Shown: piece by piece, positions 1 through 8,955 of the stretch
How positions within the stretch are numbered: position 1 is the stretch's first letter
Layout: each line of letters opens with the position of its first letter
Source of the DNA: a virus
Lineage: Duplodnaviria; Caudoviricetes
Direction: 5' to 3' (one strand)
Virus record (IMG/VR): IMGVR_UViG_3300010157_000005
Coordinates: 1-40,512 of that record
Length of the DNA stretch: 40,512 nt
The notes under the pieces: model-generated
Database searches by the model: none
The model's input: the letters and a program-made list of their open reading frames with translations, nothing else
What the model was told of the DNA's origin: nothing
Translations under genes and position numbers: made by a program

Positions 1-123
1 TCAAGTGCCATGTTCAGCCACTCTTTGAAGTTAAGTCCGTTGATTTTGTCTGGTGTTTGCCAGAAGGCTCGTAGTCGGGAAATGTCGCTGGTGTATTTAT
101 CTCGGGCTGTTGCCATTGCACGA
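1..123. repeat. Terminal overlap identical to 40390-40512 (circular assembly; unit genome 40389 bp)
   Basis: Exact 123-bp match; the portal frame reads through the join. Confidence 0.97.
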
Positions 124-572
124 ACATGGTCACCACCCGACTCGGCAACAATCATTTCTGATGCTGATGTGCTAAATGTTATGTCCCACTCCATACCTGC
201 AATTCTGGCTTTAAGGACTTCTACACAACGGCGGATAATGTCAATTTGGTCTGCGGCTGACCGTAACATTGAGAACGGAATTAGTCGCTGGTTGGTTACA
301 TTAATGTTCCAAGCAACTGGGTATTCCCAACGGCGTGGGTCAGGTCTTCCGTCTTCATTAACTGGGTTAATTGCCGCAGGTGTTAGTGGTCGCCCAGGAC
401 CAAACGGAATTGCGGCTAACCAAGCCTGTCGTTCGAGTGGTGTCATACTGCCCATACCGTAGGTTTGTGGCAATAAGGCTGCTTGGTTTATCTCGGTTAC
501 ATTGGCTCCGACTGGGAATTGGGGTGCGGCTTTGTCTATGTTTCTGCGAAAAAGATTATCCCAGATAGCCAC
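1..572 (-). CDS. Portal protein, N-terminal part (GTG at 572; full protein ~597 aa across the join)
   Basis: GTG directly follows the TerL TAA; open frame (MAIWDNLFRR...WEYPVAWNINV...) in phase with ORF 39168..40505. Confidence 0.88.
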   Translation of the reverse strand, partial: MAIWDNLFRRNIDKAAPQFPVGANVTEINQAALLPQTYGMGSMTPLERQAWLAAIPFGPGRPLTPAAINPVNEDGRPDPRRWEYPVAWNINVTNQRLIPFSMLRSAADQIDIIRRCVEVLKARIAGMEWDITFSTSASEMIVAESGGDHVRAMATARDKYTSDISRLRAFWQTPDKINGLNFKEWLNMAL

Positions 573-1961
573 TTAGACCCCTAATGTTTCTTGGTTGGTA
601 CTCTCGATTAGTACATTACCGCAGTTACTACACACGCCAATTGTTTTCGGCATTGGTAGATTACAATTATCGCACCAAACAGCAAGGTTAGACAAGTAGC
701 CAAGCAAAGAAGATGTTGGCAATAACTCGGTCAAAGCCCATACGAGGGCATCTAGTCTGTCGGGTGAGTCGGAATCATCTGGTGTCCAAGTGGTCATTTG
801 ATTTTCTAATTGGGTAAATGTACCTACATGGTGGACACGGTTTTGTTCGTAGTATGCGGCTATTGGTTCCGCTCGTAGGCGTTTGCCTTTGGTTGCACGA
901 ACTGATTTAACTCTTACAGATGGGTCTATTTGCCCAATGATTGTGGGAATCATGTCCCCACCATTATTGACCTCGGCAACGATAGCGTCTGCCCCGTATT
1001 CGTAGTAAGCATTGACGGCTTTCTTTGCCCACTCCAATGGACTTGCTTTACAACTCACATCAGCGAGTACCCACGCTTCGCCTTGTCCGTTCTTGCCAGC
1101 GACAACAATTCCAGTTTCATCCGAGTCGGCGTTGTTTGTTACCGCAGGGTCAATCCCTACAACGATACGAATAAGACCGCTAGAAGGCTCTGTATGGCGG
1201 TTTATGTCTATGGTGGATTGTAACCACAACGCACCCTCTACATCGTCTAGGATTTCACCATAGAGTTCCTGACGACCTATCCGTGTACCGCCGTAGCGTA
1301 CTTGTAACTCGGCTAGTGCTGACCTTGCGAGGTTGTCCTGATTTTCAAAGGTGTTGCCCTTTGTGATTATGACACTTCCGTCTTCACGGCTAACCAAACT
1401 CTTAATTAGTGGTTTAGGCTTTGGCGTGGTTGTGACTACAACTTGCGGGTGGTTACCTAATCGCAAACCAAACATTAGTTGGTCATACGCTTCTGGGTAG
1501 CGGAAAGCCGCTAACTCATCTATCCAAGCACCGTGATGCTGTGGTCCACGCAAACGCTCGGGTTCATCACCAGAGAATAACTTAATTAGACTGCCGTTCT
1601 TGAGTTTAATCTCACCCATAGAGCGGTTGTAATTGTCAAACGCATCATACCTGCGTAAAACATTGAGTAGTCCTGATTCACCCTCAACACAAGTATCTCG
1701 GGCATCTCGGAAAGTCGGGGCAACAATTGCCCACCGAGTATTAGGCGTGTAAAGGGCGTTCCAAGCAACCCACTCTGCACCTGTCCGTGTTTTACCCCAC
1801 CCACGACCAGAGAGGATTAGCCAAACTTGCCAATCGCCGTCAGGTGGTAGTTGGTTCGGTCGTGCCTGTTGGTGTGTCCACAGTACTCTGCTCGCCGCCA
1901 CTCTTTGAGAGTAAATTGACGAGTTTTTGGACTTCTCGGTCAATGTCTGTACCGCCCTCAA
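573..1961 (-). CDS. terL: Terminase large subunit (start uncertain, possibly TTG 1943)
   Basis: Walker A GRGWGKT, Walker B AWIDE, TTTP coupling motif, nuclease GIDPA and DRLDALVWA. Confidence 0.97.
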   Translation of the reverse strand: MRAVQTLTEKSKNSSIYSQRVAASRVLWTHQQARPNQLPPDGDWQVWLILSGRGWGKTRTGAEWVAWNALYTPNTRWAIVAPTFRDARDTCVEGESGLLNVLRRYDAFDNYNRSMGEIKLKNGSLIKLFSGDEPERLRGPQHHGAWIDELAAFRYPEAYDQLMFGLRLGNHPQVVVTTTPKPKPLIKSLVSREDGSVIITKGNTFENQDNLARSALAELQVRYGGTRIGRQELYGEILDDVEGALWLQSTIDINRHTEPSSGLIRIVVGIDPAVTNNADSDETGIVVAGKNGQGEAWVLADVSCKASPLEWAKKAVNAYYEYGADAIVAEVNNGGDMIPTIIGQIDPSVRVKSVRATKGKRLRAEPIAAYYEQNRVHHVGTFTQLENQMTTWTPDDSDSPDRLDALVWALTELLPTSSLLGYLSNLAVWCDNCNLPMPKTIGVCSNCGNVLIESTNQETLGV

Positions 1962-2313
1962 ATGTGGTTACTTCCATTTGCTGTTTAACTGGTGCATCCA
2001 AACCAATTAACTTTGCTCTTCTGTCCATAATTCTTAACATCAATTGTATCGCTTGCAAATCACCTTGTAATGCTTGGCGGTAAATGCTGTTGGACATACG
2101 GTCAAGGCGTTCACGCTCTTGGTTACGGATTTCATCGGCAGGTTCCTGCAAGGTTCGGACTAATGCTCGTTTGTAAGCGTTGTAGGCGGCACCAGCACTT
2201 GCGTATCCGACTGTTTTGGCTATGTCTTCCCAACGGACTGATGCCAAGCGTAGTTCTAAGACTTGGCGTTCTTTTTCTATCGTTTCGTGGAGTGGTACTG
2301 CTCTTCTAGGCAT
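1840..2313 (-). CDS. terS: Terminase small subunit
   Basis: N-terminal HTH (WEDIAKTVGY), RRAKLIGLDAP motif, overlaps terL. Confidence 0.8.
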   Translation of the reverse strand: MPRRAVPLHETIEKERQVLELRLASVRWEDIAKTVGYASAGAAYNAYKRALVRTLQEPADEIRNQERERLDRMSNSIYRQALQGDLQAIQLMLRIMDRRAKLIGLDAPVKQQMEVTTFEGGTDIDREVQKLVNLLSKSGGEQSTVDTPTGTTEPTTT

Positions 2314-2318
2314 TTTTT

Positions 2319-4076
2319 TTAGTCCTTATGTTCTTCTGAAGTGTGAAAATGTGGTTGTTGTTTAAATGTGGACCAAATTCTAGATGGGGCTATTCGTGGT
2401 GCATTGTTTTTGGTGATTACTTTAAATGCGTCTTCTCCCCATTGTTTAACTAAGTTTTCGCATCTCGTACGCATTGTTTGTCCTACTCGTGCTTCCGCAC
2501 CCATTCCGCCTGTGTCGTTTGGCGTTGTGGGTAGGCTTGCGAGTGCTCTTGCAAATACTAAGGTGCAGTATCCTTTGTCAAGGTATTGCATTGTGACATC
2601 TATGTCGTCAATTATCATTGGGCGGAAGATAATTTCAGGGTCGTTTTTGAATAGCATCACGCTGGCTACCATCTTATTAAGTTTTATCGGTGTTGGTACA
2701 GTGTAAGCAAATGTGTCATACATTGGTGCTGCCGTTCCTATGTTGGAGTAAAGGTTTGTGACTTTCTCTACAATGCTTAGAACATGTGCTCCTGTGGTTT
2801 TAAGGTTTTTGGTGTCTATGCGTACTCGGAATGCTTTTACATCGTCGTCTAATTGCCAATGGTATGTGTGTCCGTTTTCTGTTGCGTGATTTTTGGCAAA
2901 GTTTCGTGCGTAATCTATCCCTTGGTCATTTTTGTCCATCATCAGAAGTTCGTGGTCTGGGTGGTATTTTTGATAGTTCTCATAATCTTGTGGTTCTACT
3001 AAAACATAGAAAGATACGCCAGACTCACGAAGTAGTTGTGGTGTTGTTGTTGAACCTGCCCTATTTTTTGATGGTATGTAAATTGGGTACATAACTTTAT
3101 GGTTTCCGTGTAAGTCTGTTTTTAATTGTTCGGCTAAATCTATTCCCGTTTGGAAGTCTGCCCCAATAACCGTTTGTGTTTTTTTTGATGATGTGGATTT
3201 TATTTTTTTCTTGGCAGGTTTAGCATTAACTGATTTAACTTTAGGAACATAATTAGCATCTACTGGGACTAACTGTTGCTTAAAGCCTGAGAAATCTACA
3301 ACATGGTGGATGCGGTTGAACCTAATGACGGTCTTTGTGCAGTCTGGGTGTAGGCGGACTAATTCTGCCGACTTTTTAATAAACCCACCGTCTGCATAAA
3401 AGTCAGTCATACCGCCCGACATTCTGCCTTTACGACTTGTGCCGATTTTCTGAATACCAACAAGTCTTGACTCGGCGGTACACCAATACCCAGTCTTTAA
3501 AATGTCTATGCTAACAATTGTGTCGTCATTTAATCCTCTACGCCACTTAATGCCGTACTCGTGTAAGTCGTTTCGGTACAAAGTTGCACAGTAAAGTCGT
3601 GTGTTTAGTCCGATTGGCTTGCCCAACATAAATGGGGACATTGCCAAACTTAATCCTGCGAGGTTTCGCCACTTTTGGATAAATTCTTCGTGCCAATGTA
3701 GTGCTTTAGCATTTCCAAGTCTGATACGGCGTGCATTGTGACGGATTAGGAAGTACCTAATGTTGTCATCCATAATCCAATGGTGACTAAAGCCTTCGGA
3801 TAGTGAGTGTGCCCAAGCGAAGTTATGTGCCGCACCTGTTGTTGGGTGTGGGTCTAATTCTGGTGTTTTCTCATACTCGTCAAAGTATTTTTGTTCCCAA
3901 GCAATTACTCGGCAGTTTGGGTTTGCTTCCGTGTATGCATCTACTTCGCTTTCCTGCACAACCAAGATTGGTTTAATGCCCAAGTCCAACAAAGCATTTG
4001 CAGTTAATTGGGTTTTAGGTCTGCCTTTTGTGGGGATGTAGACTGGGAAATCTAACGGTCCTGTTACCCCATCCAA
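2319..4076 (-). CDS. Tandem two-domain GT-A glycosyltransferase (TAGT/GREB1-like)
   Basis: Two homologous halves with Y-I-P-(T/S)-K-x-R, (H/R)NFA, W-x-(M/L)-DD, a second DD and GGM, joined by a Lys-rich linker. Confidence 0.75.
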   Translation of the reverse strand: MDGVTGPLDFPVYIPTKGRPKTQLTANALLDLGIKPILVVQESEVDAYTEANPNCRVIAWEQKYFDEYEKTPELDPHPTTGAAHNFAWAHSLSEGFSHHWIMDDNIRYFLIRHNARRIRLGNAKALHWHEEFIQKWRNLAGLSLAMSPFMLGKPIGLNTRLYCATLYRNDLHEYGIKWRRGLNDDTIVSIDILKTGYWCTAESRLVGIQKIGTSRKGRMSGGMTDFYADGGFIKKSAELVRLHPDCTKTVIRFNRIHHVVDFSGFKQQLVPVDANYVPKVKSVNAKPAKKKIKSTSSKKTQTVIGADFQTGIDLAEQLKTDLHGNHKVMYPIYIPSKNRAGSTTTPQLLRESGVSFYVLVEPQDYENYQKYHPDHELLMMDKNDQGIDYARNFAKNHATENGHTYHWQLDDDVKAFRVRIDTKNLKTTGAHVLSIVEKVTNLYSNIGTAAPMYDTFAYTVPTPIKLNKMVASVMLFKNDPEIIFRPMIIDDIDVTMQYLDKGYCTLVFARALASLPTTPNDTGGMGAEARVGQTMRTRCENLVKQWGEDAFKVITKNNAPRIAPSRIWSTFKQQPHFHTSEEHKD

Positions 4077-4753
4077 GTTGGCACTTCCTCACGCTGATAG
4101 GTCTTTGGGTAACGAATACGCTTCTGCTTTTCAACATTTGGGTAGTCAATTGCCTTGTAGAAATCGGCTCGGGCTTCTTCCGTCTGGAAGTACACACGCA
4201 CCATTGTTGTAAAGGTAAAGCCAACCATGTCGGTATCCGCACCTGTGTCGTCTAGAAACTCGTCAATTGCGGTGGACACATCAACTTGGAACACATCTTG
4301 GGCTTCTAATGCTCGTTCCAAGATTTTTACATCGGATTCAACATAACCAACAACATCAAGTACGTTTTTCTCGGCAAGTTCCTGCAAAATTGTGAGTAGG
4401 TTCTGCTCATCCCACCCACCTCGTTCGGTTGTGCGGTTTAAGGCAACAAGTGCGGCATTTGCTTCGGTGTCGTTTTTTGATGCCCAGCCTTTAATTACAG
4501 GTACGAGCCACTCGCCGTCTTTAGACACTTGGATGCCGTCTGGGACACTTGCACCTTCGTTGAATAGGTTTCCTAGGACTTTTGCTCTTCCGTGCCCACT
4601 AACCATGTAGCCTGTCCGAGTGTCCAACACGATTGGTTCAATGTACCCAAACTTGGATAGTGATTTGCTCATTAGTGCTTCATCGTGGTTCTTTGGATTA
4701 AGTGGGTTTGCACTTAATTTACTTAAAGGTACATACTCAATTTCGTGGCTCAT
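4064..4753 (-). CDS. ParB/Sulfiredoxin-like N-terminal domain protein
   Basis: NPLNPKNH...SLSKFGYIEPIV...SGHGR...ALNRT. Confidence 0.85.
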   Translation of the reverse strand: MSHEIEYVPLSKLSANPLNPKNHDEALMSKSLSKFGYIEPIVLDTRTGYMVSGHGRAKVLGNLFNEGASVPDGIQVSKDGEWLVPVIKGWASKNDTEANAALVALNRTTERGGWDEQNLLTILQELAEKNVLDVVGYVESDVKILERALEAQDVFQVDVSTAIDEFLDDTGADTDMVGFTFTTMVRVYFQTEEARADFYKAIDYPNVEKQKRIRYPKTYQREEVPTWMG

Positions 4754-5889
4754 TTATTCTCCGTTTTTTCTAGGTGCGGTTGTATGTCGTTACTCCACAT
4801 TGTAAGTGCTGATGCAATTGCCATGTGCATGTCTAGGTATTTGTATGTTCCGAGTCTTCCACCAAGCCACACATTGTCTAGGTTGTTTGCGGCTTCTCGG
4901 TAACGCTTTAGCATCTCTTTGTCTGCTTCTGTGTTTATCGGGTACGCACCAATTTCGCCTTTTTCAGCATCTCGGGAGTATTCTTTGTGGATTACTGTGC
5001 CGTTATAGTTGTCTGCCAAGTCTGGGCGATAGTGCCTGTATTCGTGAATACGAGTGTACGGAACATCTGCATCTCCGTAGTTCATTACTGGGCAACCTTG
5101 GTAATCTTCCACCGTTGGGTGTTCTTCCACTAAATCAACGGTACGCCAACCAAGTTCACCAAACTCGTAATTAAAGAATAAGTCAATTGGTCCTGTAAAC
5201 AGTAGTGGTGTTTTCTTATCCCAAACTGCCAAAACATCTTCTTCTAATTTAATTTCAATGTTTGGGTGGTCTGCCATCTTTTCTAACCAAGCCTGATAGC
5301 CGTCTTTTGGTAGCCCTTGGTATTTGTCTGTAAAGTATCCGTCATCCCAAGTAAACCGCACAGGCAAGCGTTTAATTGTTTCGGCTGGCAATTCTTGTGG
5401 GTCTTTGCCCCATTGTTTTTGTGTGTAGCCTTTAACAAGTAACTCGTAGGCGTATGGACCAATACTGCTTACTGCGACATTTGCTAAGTTTTTGACTGTT
5501 GTGTTGCCGTATTCAGACATAAACAAATCTACAAATTGTCGCATCTTGCTTGGTGTAAAGCGTTCACCATACAAAGCACTATAAGTTGCTAAACCAAACG
5601 GCAACGGAATTACTCTGCCGTCTTTAACTGTGGTTCTTACTCGGTGCTGGTAAGGCACAAACTCTGTAAACCGATTTACATAATCCCAAACAACTTCATT
5701 ATTGGTGTGGAAAATGTGAGAACCGTATGTGTGTACTTCAACACCAGTTTTTTCGTCTATGTGTGACGATACATTTCCGCCAATGTGGTTTCTTTTTTCT
5801 ACAATTAAAACTTGGTAGCCAGCGTTGGCTGCTCGTTCAGCAATTGTGAGACCAAATAAACCTGCACCGCCAATAATTAAGTCGGGCAT
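4750..5889 (-). CDS. glf: UDP-galactopyranose mutase
   Basis: GAGLFG FAD motif, HIGGN, HTYGSHIFHT, KGYTQKQWG, RLPVR, YQGLP, YTRIHEY, GRLGTYKYLDMH. Confidence 0.97.
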   Translation of the reverse strand: MPDLIIGGAGLFGLTIAERAANAGYQVLIVEKRNHIGGNVSSHIDEKTGVEVHTYGSHIFHTNNEVVWDYVNRFTEFVPYQHRVRTTVKDGRVIPLPFGLATYSALYGERFTPSKMRQFVDLFMSEYGNTTVKNLANVAVSSIGPYAYELLVKGYTQKQWGKDPQELPAETIKRLPVRFTWDDGYFTDKYQGLPKDGYQAWLEKMADHPNIEIKLEEDVLAVWDKKTPLLFTGPIDLFFNYEFGELGWRTVDLVEEHPTVEDYQGCPVMNYGDADVPYTRIHEYRHYRPDLADNYNGTVIHKEYSRDAEKGEIGAYPINTEADKEMLKRYREAANNLDNVWLGGRLGTYKYLDMHMAIASALTMWSNDIQPHLEKTENK

Positions 5890-5892
5890 AGG

Positions 5893-6132
5893 TCATCTGT
5901 GGGCGTTTAAGTAGGCAACTATGATTTGTGAGTTAATCTTGCCCCTAATGCCAATTGTTAATTCGTTTGCTTTTGCCCAAGCACGGATTTCTTTTGCATT
6001 TAATCCTTGAGCCTTTGCACTACGCAAATCACGATAGATGCGATTAGTTTTAGCATAGCCTTCTTCCAATTCCTCGGGTTCATAAGGCGTACCGCTTACC
6101 TGTTGTACAAATTGTTCTTCCACAATTACCAA
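5893..6132 (-). CDS. Lsr2-type DNA-binding domain protein
   Basis: EIRAWAKANELTIGIRGKINSQIIVAY matches the Lsr2 C-terminal domain. Confidence 0.8.
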   Translation of the reverse strand: MVIVEEQFVQQVSGTPYEPEELEEGYAKTNRIYRDLRSAKAQGLNAKEIRAWAKANELTIGIRGKINSQIIVAYLNAHR

Positions 6133-6338
6133 CTTTCTGTGTCATAAGTCTTAACTTTATGCACGGCTCTATTTAGACCATTAGATAACTCGTACAAATC
6201 ACCGTCTGACTTCACAAAGTCAATTTCGGCTGTTAGTTCTTCGGCAATCATTTCGGACACAAACTTAACAATGTCGTGTGCCTGTAAATGCGAAATGCCA
6301 AACTTTTCTTTAACTGCAACTACTCGGTTCATAGCCAC
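6126..6338 (-). CDS. Hypothetical protein
   Basis: ORF overlapping both neighbours in the operon. Confidence 0.7.
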   Translation of the reverse strand: MAMNRVVAVKEKFGISHLQAHDIVKFVSEMIAEELTAEIDFVKSDGDLYELSNGLNRAVHKVKTYDTESW

Positions 6339-6685
6339 TCGTCTTTCTTTTTCTTGTTTTCATTTGGAACAATGCCAACACCGTCTGCGGTGATAACATA
6401 CTCGGTTTTGTCTTCGCCAGTCTTTGTCTTGTAACTGTTTAGCGACAATTTACCTGTGACAACAACTTGTGTGCCCTTGGTTGCGGTTTCTACAAAGTCT
6501 TCTGCGTTTTTCCACATTGTGACTTTAAACCACATAGTTTCGCCTTGCTTGTATTCTCCGTCTTGTTTAATTGACGGTGTGCAACCAATACTAAAGGTTG
6601 CGAAACACTTACCCTCTTTTGTAAATCGTGCATCTGGGTCAAACCCAAGTCTGCCGATAATTGTGATTGTTGGTTCTCCTGCCAT
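6329..6685 (-). CDS. ssb: Single-stranded DNA-binding protein
   Basis: ITIIGRLGFDP...ETMWFKVTMW...KGTQVVVTGKL OB fold. Confidence 0.95.
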   Translation of the reverse strand: MAGEPTITIIGRLGFDPDARFTKEGKCFATFSIGCTPSIKQDGEYKQGETMWFKVTMWKNAEDFVETATKGTQVVVTGKLSLNSYKTKTGEDKTEYVITADGVGIVPNENKKKKDEWL

Positions 6686-7038
6686 TACGACCTCCCTGTT
6701 GGGTGATGAACTGTGCCATCATCTTTAAATAATACTATCACCTTACCCTGCCAAAGTATTGGTATTTCTGCACTATTTCCCCAAGAACTTACTATGTAAC
6801 CGTTCTTTTTAGCCCACTCGGGATTTAAGTGAATTGACTTAGTTCCAAGATTATGACAATCGTGATGAACCGCCATTAAATTGCTCAGTGAATTGTCGCC
6901 ACCTTGCGACCTAAGTTTGCGGTGATGTAATGCCCAATTATCCGTCATAGGCTTTCCACAGGCTTCGCAATAGCCTTTGCACCTCTCAATTAGTGCATCT
7001 CTTAGTTTTGCTATTTCCTTACCCACGAGTGTTCGCAC
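6685..7038 (-). CDS. HNH endonuclease
   Basis: CEACG...HHRKLRSQGG...SNL...HHDCH. Confidence 0.9.
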   Translation of the reverse strand: MRTLVGKEIAKLRDALIERCKGYCEACGKPMTDNWALHHRKLRSQGGDNSLSNLMAVHHDCHNLGTKSIHLNPEWAKKNGYIVSSWGNSAEIPILWQGKVIVLFKDDGTVHHPTGRS

Positions 7039-7511
7039 TCCCTATTCAAGCAGATGTATGTCTTGTTGGTTTTAATAATAGAGTATTCTTCGCATTTAAT
7101 ACACGGTTTGGTAGATAAATAACTCGGCATTGTCTGCCAATTGGTTCTTTGTAAAACGACTTTGTGCCAAGCAATTACTTCACCAATAACTTCAAAGCCA
7201 AGTTCTGGGTGTTCGTGTGTGTAGTTGCCTAACTCGTTGCCAATGAAATCTAAGTGGTCACCTACGAGTGGGTCAGCACCAAACAACGGATAGACGGATT
7301 TACGGTTTGGGAAATCTATGTCTAATGTGTAAGCCATTAACTCGGCTCTGTCGGCTGCCCAGTCTGCAAACACTTGTGCCAAACTAATTAAATGAAGGAC
7401 AATTGGGTACTTGCGAACCTTTGGAACTTTAAGCAGTAACTCGGCAAACTTCCATAAACGACCGTAATGTGCTGATAGTTCTGATGTGTAAAGTTTAGGT
7501 GTCGGTGCCAT
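7011..7511 (-). CDS. Hypothetical protein with C-terminal Zn ribbon (start ATG 7511)
   Basis: CIKC...CLNREC; overlaps neighbours. Confidence 0.7.
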   Translation of the reverse strand: MAPTPKLYTSELSAHYGRLWKFAELLLKVPKVRKYPIVLHLISLAQVFADWAADRAELMAYTLDIDFPNRKSVYPLFGADPLVGDHLDFIGNELGNYTHEHPELGFEVIGEVIAWHKVVLQRTNWQTMPSYLSTKPCIKCEEYSIIKTNKTYICLNRECEHSWVRK

Positions 7512-7842
7512 AACCAGCATCTCGCAGTAATTGAACCAAAACACTTAGCGGAATTATGCACGGATACTTGTCTATGTTTGCTTCGCCCCAACCGTTTGGT
7601 CGTAACACAGCAATTGGTAATGTGCCTTCTGATGCTCGTTCCATTGATTGCTTCATAGCACCAATTGGGTCAAAGTTTGCTCGGGCTTTTACTTCCCAGT
7701 CAATGCAAGGTGTGCCAGTTATGTCCGTACCTGAACGACCTGCACCTGTGCTTTCGGCATACGGAAATCCGTTCTTCTTTAGATACTGAGCAATTAAATC
7801 TTGTGTCTTGTATCCTCTGTGCTTGCGGTGTTGGCTAGGCAT
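7495..7842 (-). CDS. Holliday-junction-resolvase-like PD-(D/E)XK nuclease (start ATG 7842)
   Basis: RKHRG...GTDITG...WEVKAR. Confidence 0.75.
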   Translation of the reverse strand: MPSQHRKHRGYKTQDLIAQYLKKNGFPYAESTGAGRSGTDITGTPCIDWEVKARANFDPIGAMKQSMERASEGTLPIAVLRPNGWGEANIDKYPCIIPLSVLVQLLRDAGYGTDT

Positions 7843-8614
7843 CTGGTGTTGTTCTATTTCTAATTTGTTGCAACTCGCCAAAAGTCTTGCCATCCATAAT
7901 TTTGCGGAACGCTGGGATGTTGTTTGCTGGAACACCAATCCGAGTTGTGGGTAGTAACACCGCTAACAAATCGTTGTCCGATTGGTCCGTGTAACCTGCT
8001 TCTTCAATTTGTTCTTTCGTTGGGAACACTTCGGCGTGGCGTTGTGTGTCTTTATCTATGTATTTGTCTTCTTTACCGCCAAGACTATAAATCCACCTAA
8101 AGTTTTCTGGGGCTTTGCCCTCAACTAAGCGATTAAAACGAGTTACTTCTTTTGTGTAAGCGTAAAACAAAATGTCGGGGAACTCGGTAGCAAGTTGTAA
8201 CCAAGCATTTAAGTAGTCGTCACTAAAGAAATCACCAGCATCGTGTATGCGTACAGCAGAGCCACCCGAGTTAAGCCAGTTTAGTATCCAACCGTCTGCT
8301 TTTAATTGTTCTCTATGTTCTTCTAGGCGAGGATTACCCGATGGTCTGAACCTCTTGTGTGATAGTTCTGACCGCATAAGTTCTATCCACTCGGGCAACT
8401 TGTCCAGCACCATAAGTAAATTGCGTTGATGTGCTTGCTTTACATTTCTAAAGTTGTATGTGCCGTTCCGTGCGTAACAAACTGATGCACACAAACTTGC
8501 TTTTGGGCAAACATTTACGGTTCTGCCGTCTTCCAACTTTGTTACCCAAGCAGGGAGTGTCCAATTCCAAATGCGGTCTGCTCGTAATTCCGAGTTTTGT
8601 CTAAGTAATGTCAT
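7835..8614 (-). CDS. GP88-like Cys-motif protein (possible Fe-S/radical-SAM-like)
   Basis: CPKASLCASVCYA, VRIHDAGDFF, FYAYTK. Confidence 0.7.
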   Translation of the reverse strand: MTLLRQNSELRADRIWNWTLPAWVTKLEDGRTVNVCPKASLCASVCYARNGTYNFRNVKQAHQRNLLMVLDKLPEWIELMRSELSHKRFRPSGNPRLEEHREQLKADGWILNWLNSGGSAVRIHDAGDFFSDDYLNAWLQLATEFPDILFYAYTKEVTRFNRLVEGKAPENFRWIYSLGGKEDKYIDKDTQRHAEVFPTKEQIEEAGYTDQSDNDLLAVLLPTTRIGVPANNIPAFRKIMDGKTFGELQQIRNRTTPDA

Positions 8615-8840
8615 CTTCTTCTTCCGTTGGCTCGTCTTTGTTAATTACATGGTACAGAATACCTAGACGCTTCCAAGGTGTTAAGTCGGTGACACGGCTT
8701 TCTTCCAGCCATTGGTTACCCTCGCTGTCAGCCCACTCGGTAATTAAAATCCAAGATGTGCAAACGGAGTCTTTACGCCAAGACGCACCAATGTCATTTA
8801 TTAGTTTGTCTATTTGACTTGGTAAATCGTTGGCTGTCAT
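8601..8840 (-). CDS. Hypothetical protein
   Basis: ORF coupled to the downstream gene. Confidence 0.7.
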   Translation of the reverse strand: MTANDLPSQIDKLINDIGASWRKDSVCTSWILITEWADSEGNQWLEESRVTDLTPWKRLGILYHVINKDEPTEEEDDIT

Positions 8841-8955
8841 AACTAAATCCTAGTTAATAGTGCACCGTGTTAGCGACAGGCGGTGCCACCCTGCCTAAGA
8901 AACTGCCACAAAGGAGAGAGCAGGTGCTAAGTTTTCCCAACAAGAAAGGACTTTA

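Noticed and set aside
1-123. Terminal repeat as a physical DTR or att site
   Set aside because: It lies inside the portal reading frame and is best explained as assembler overlap of a circular contig
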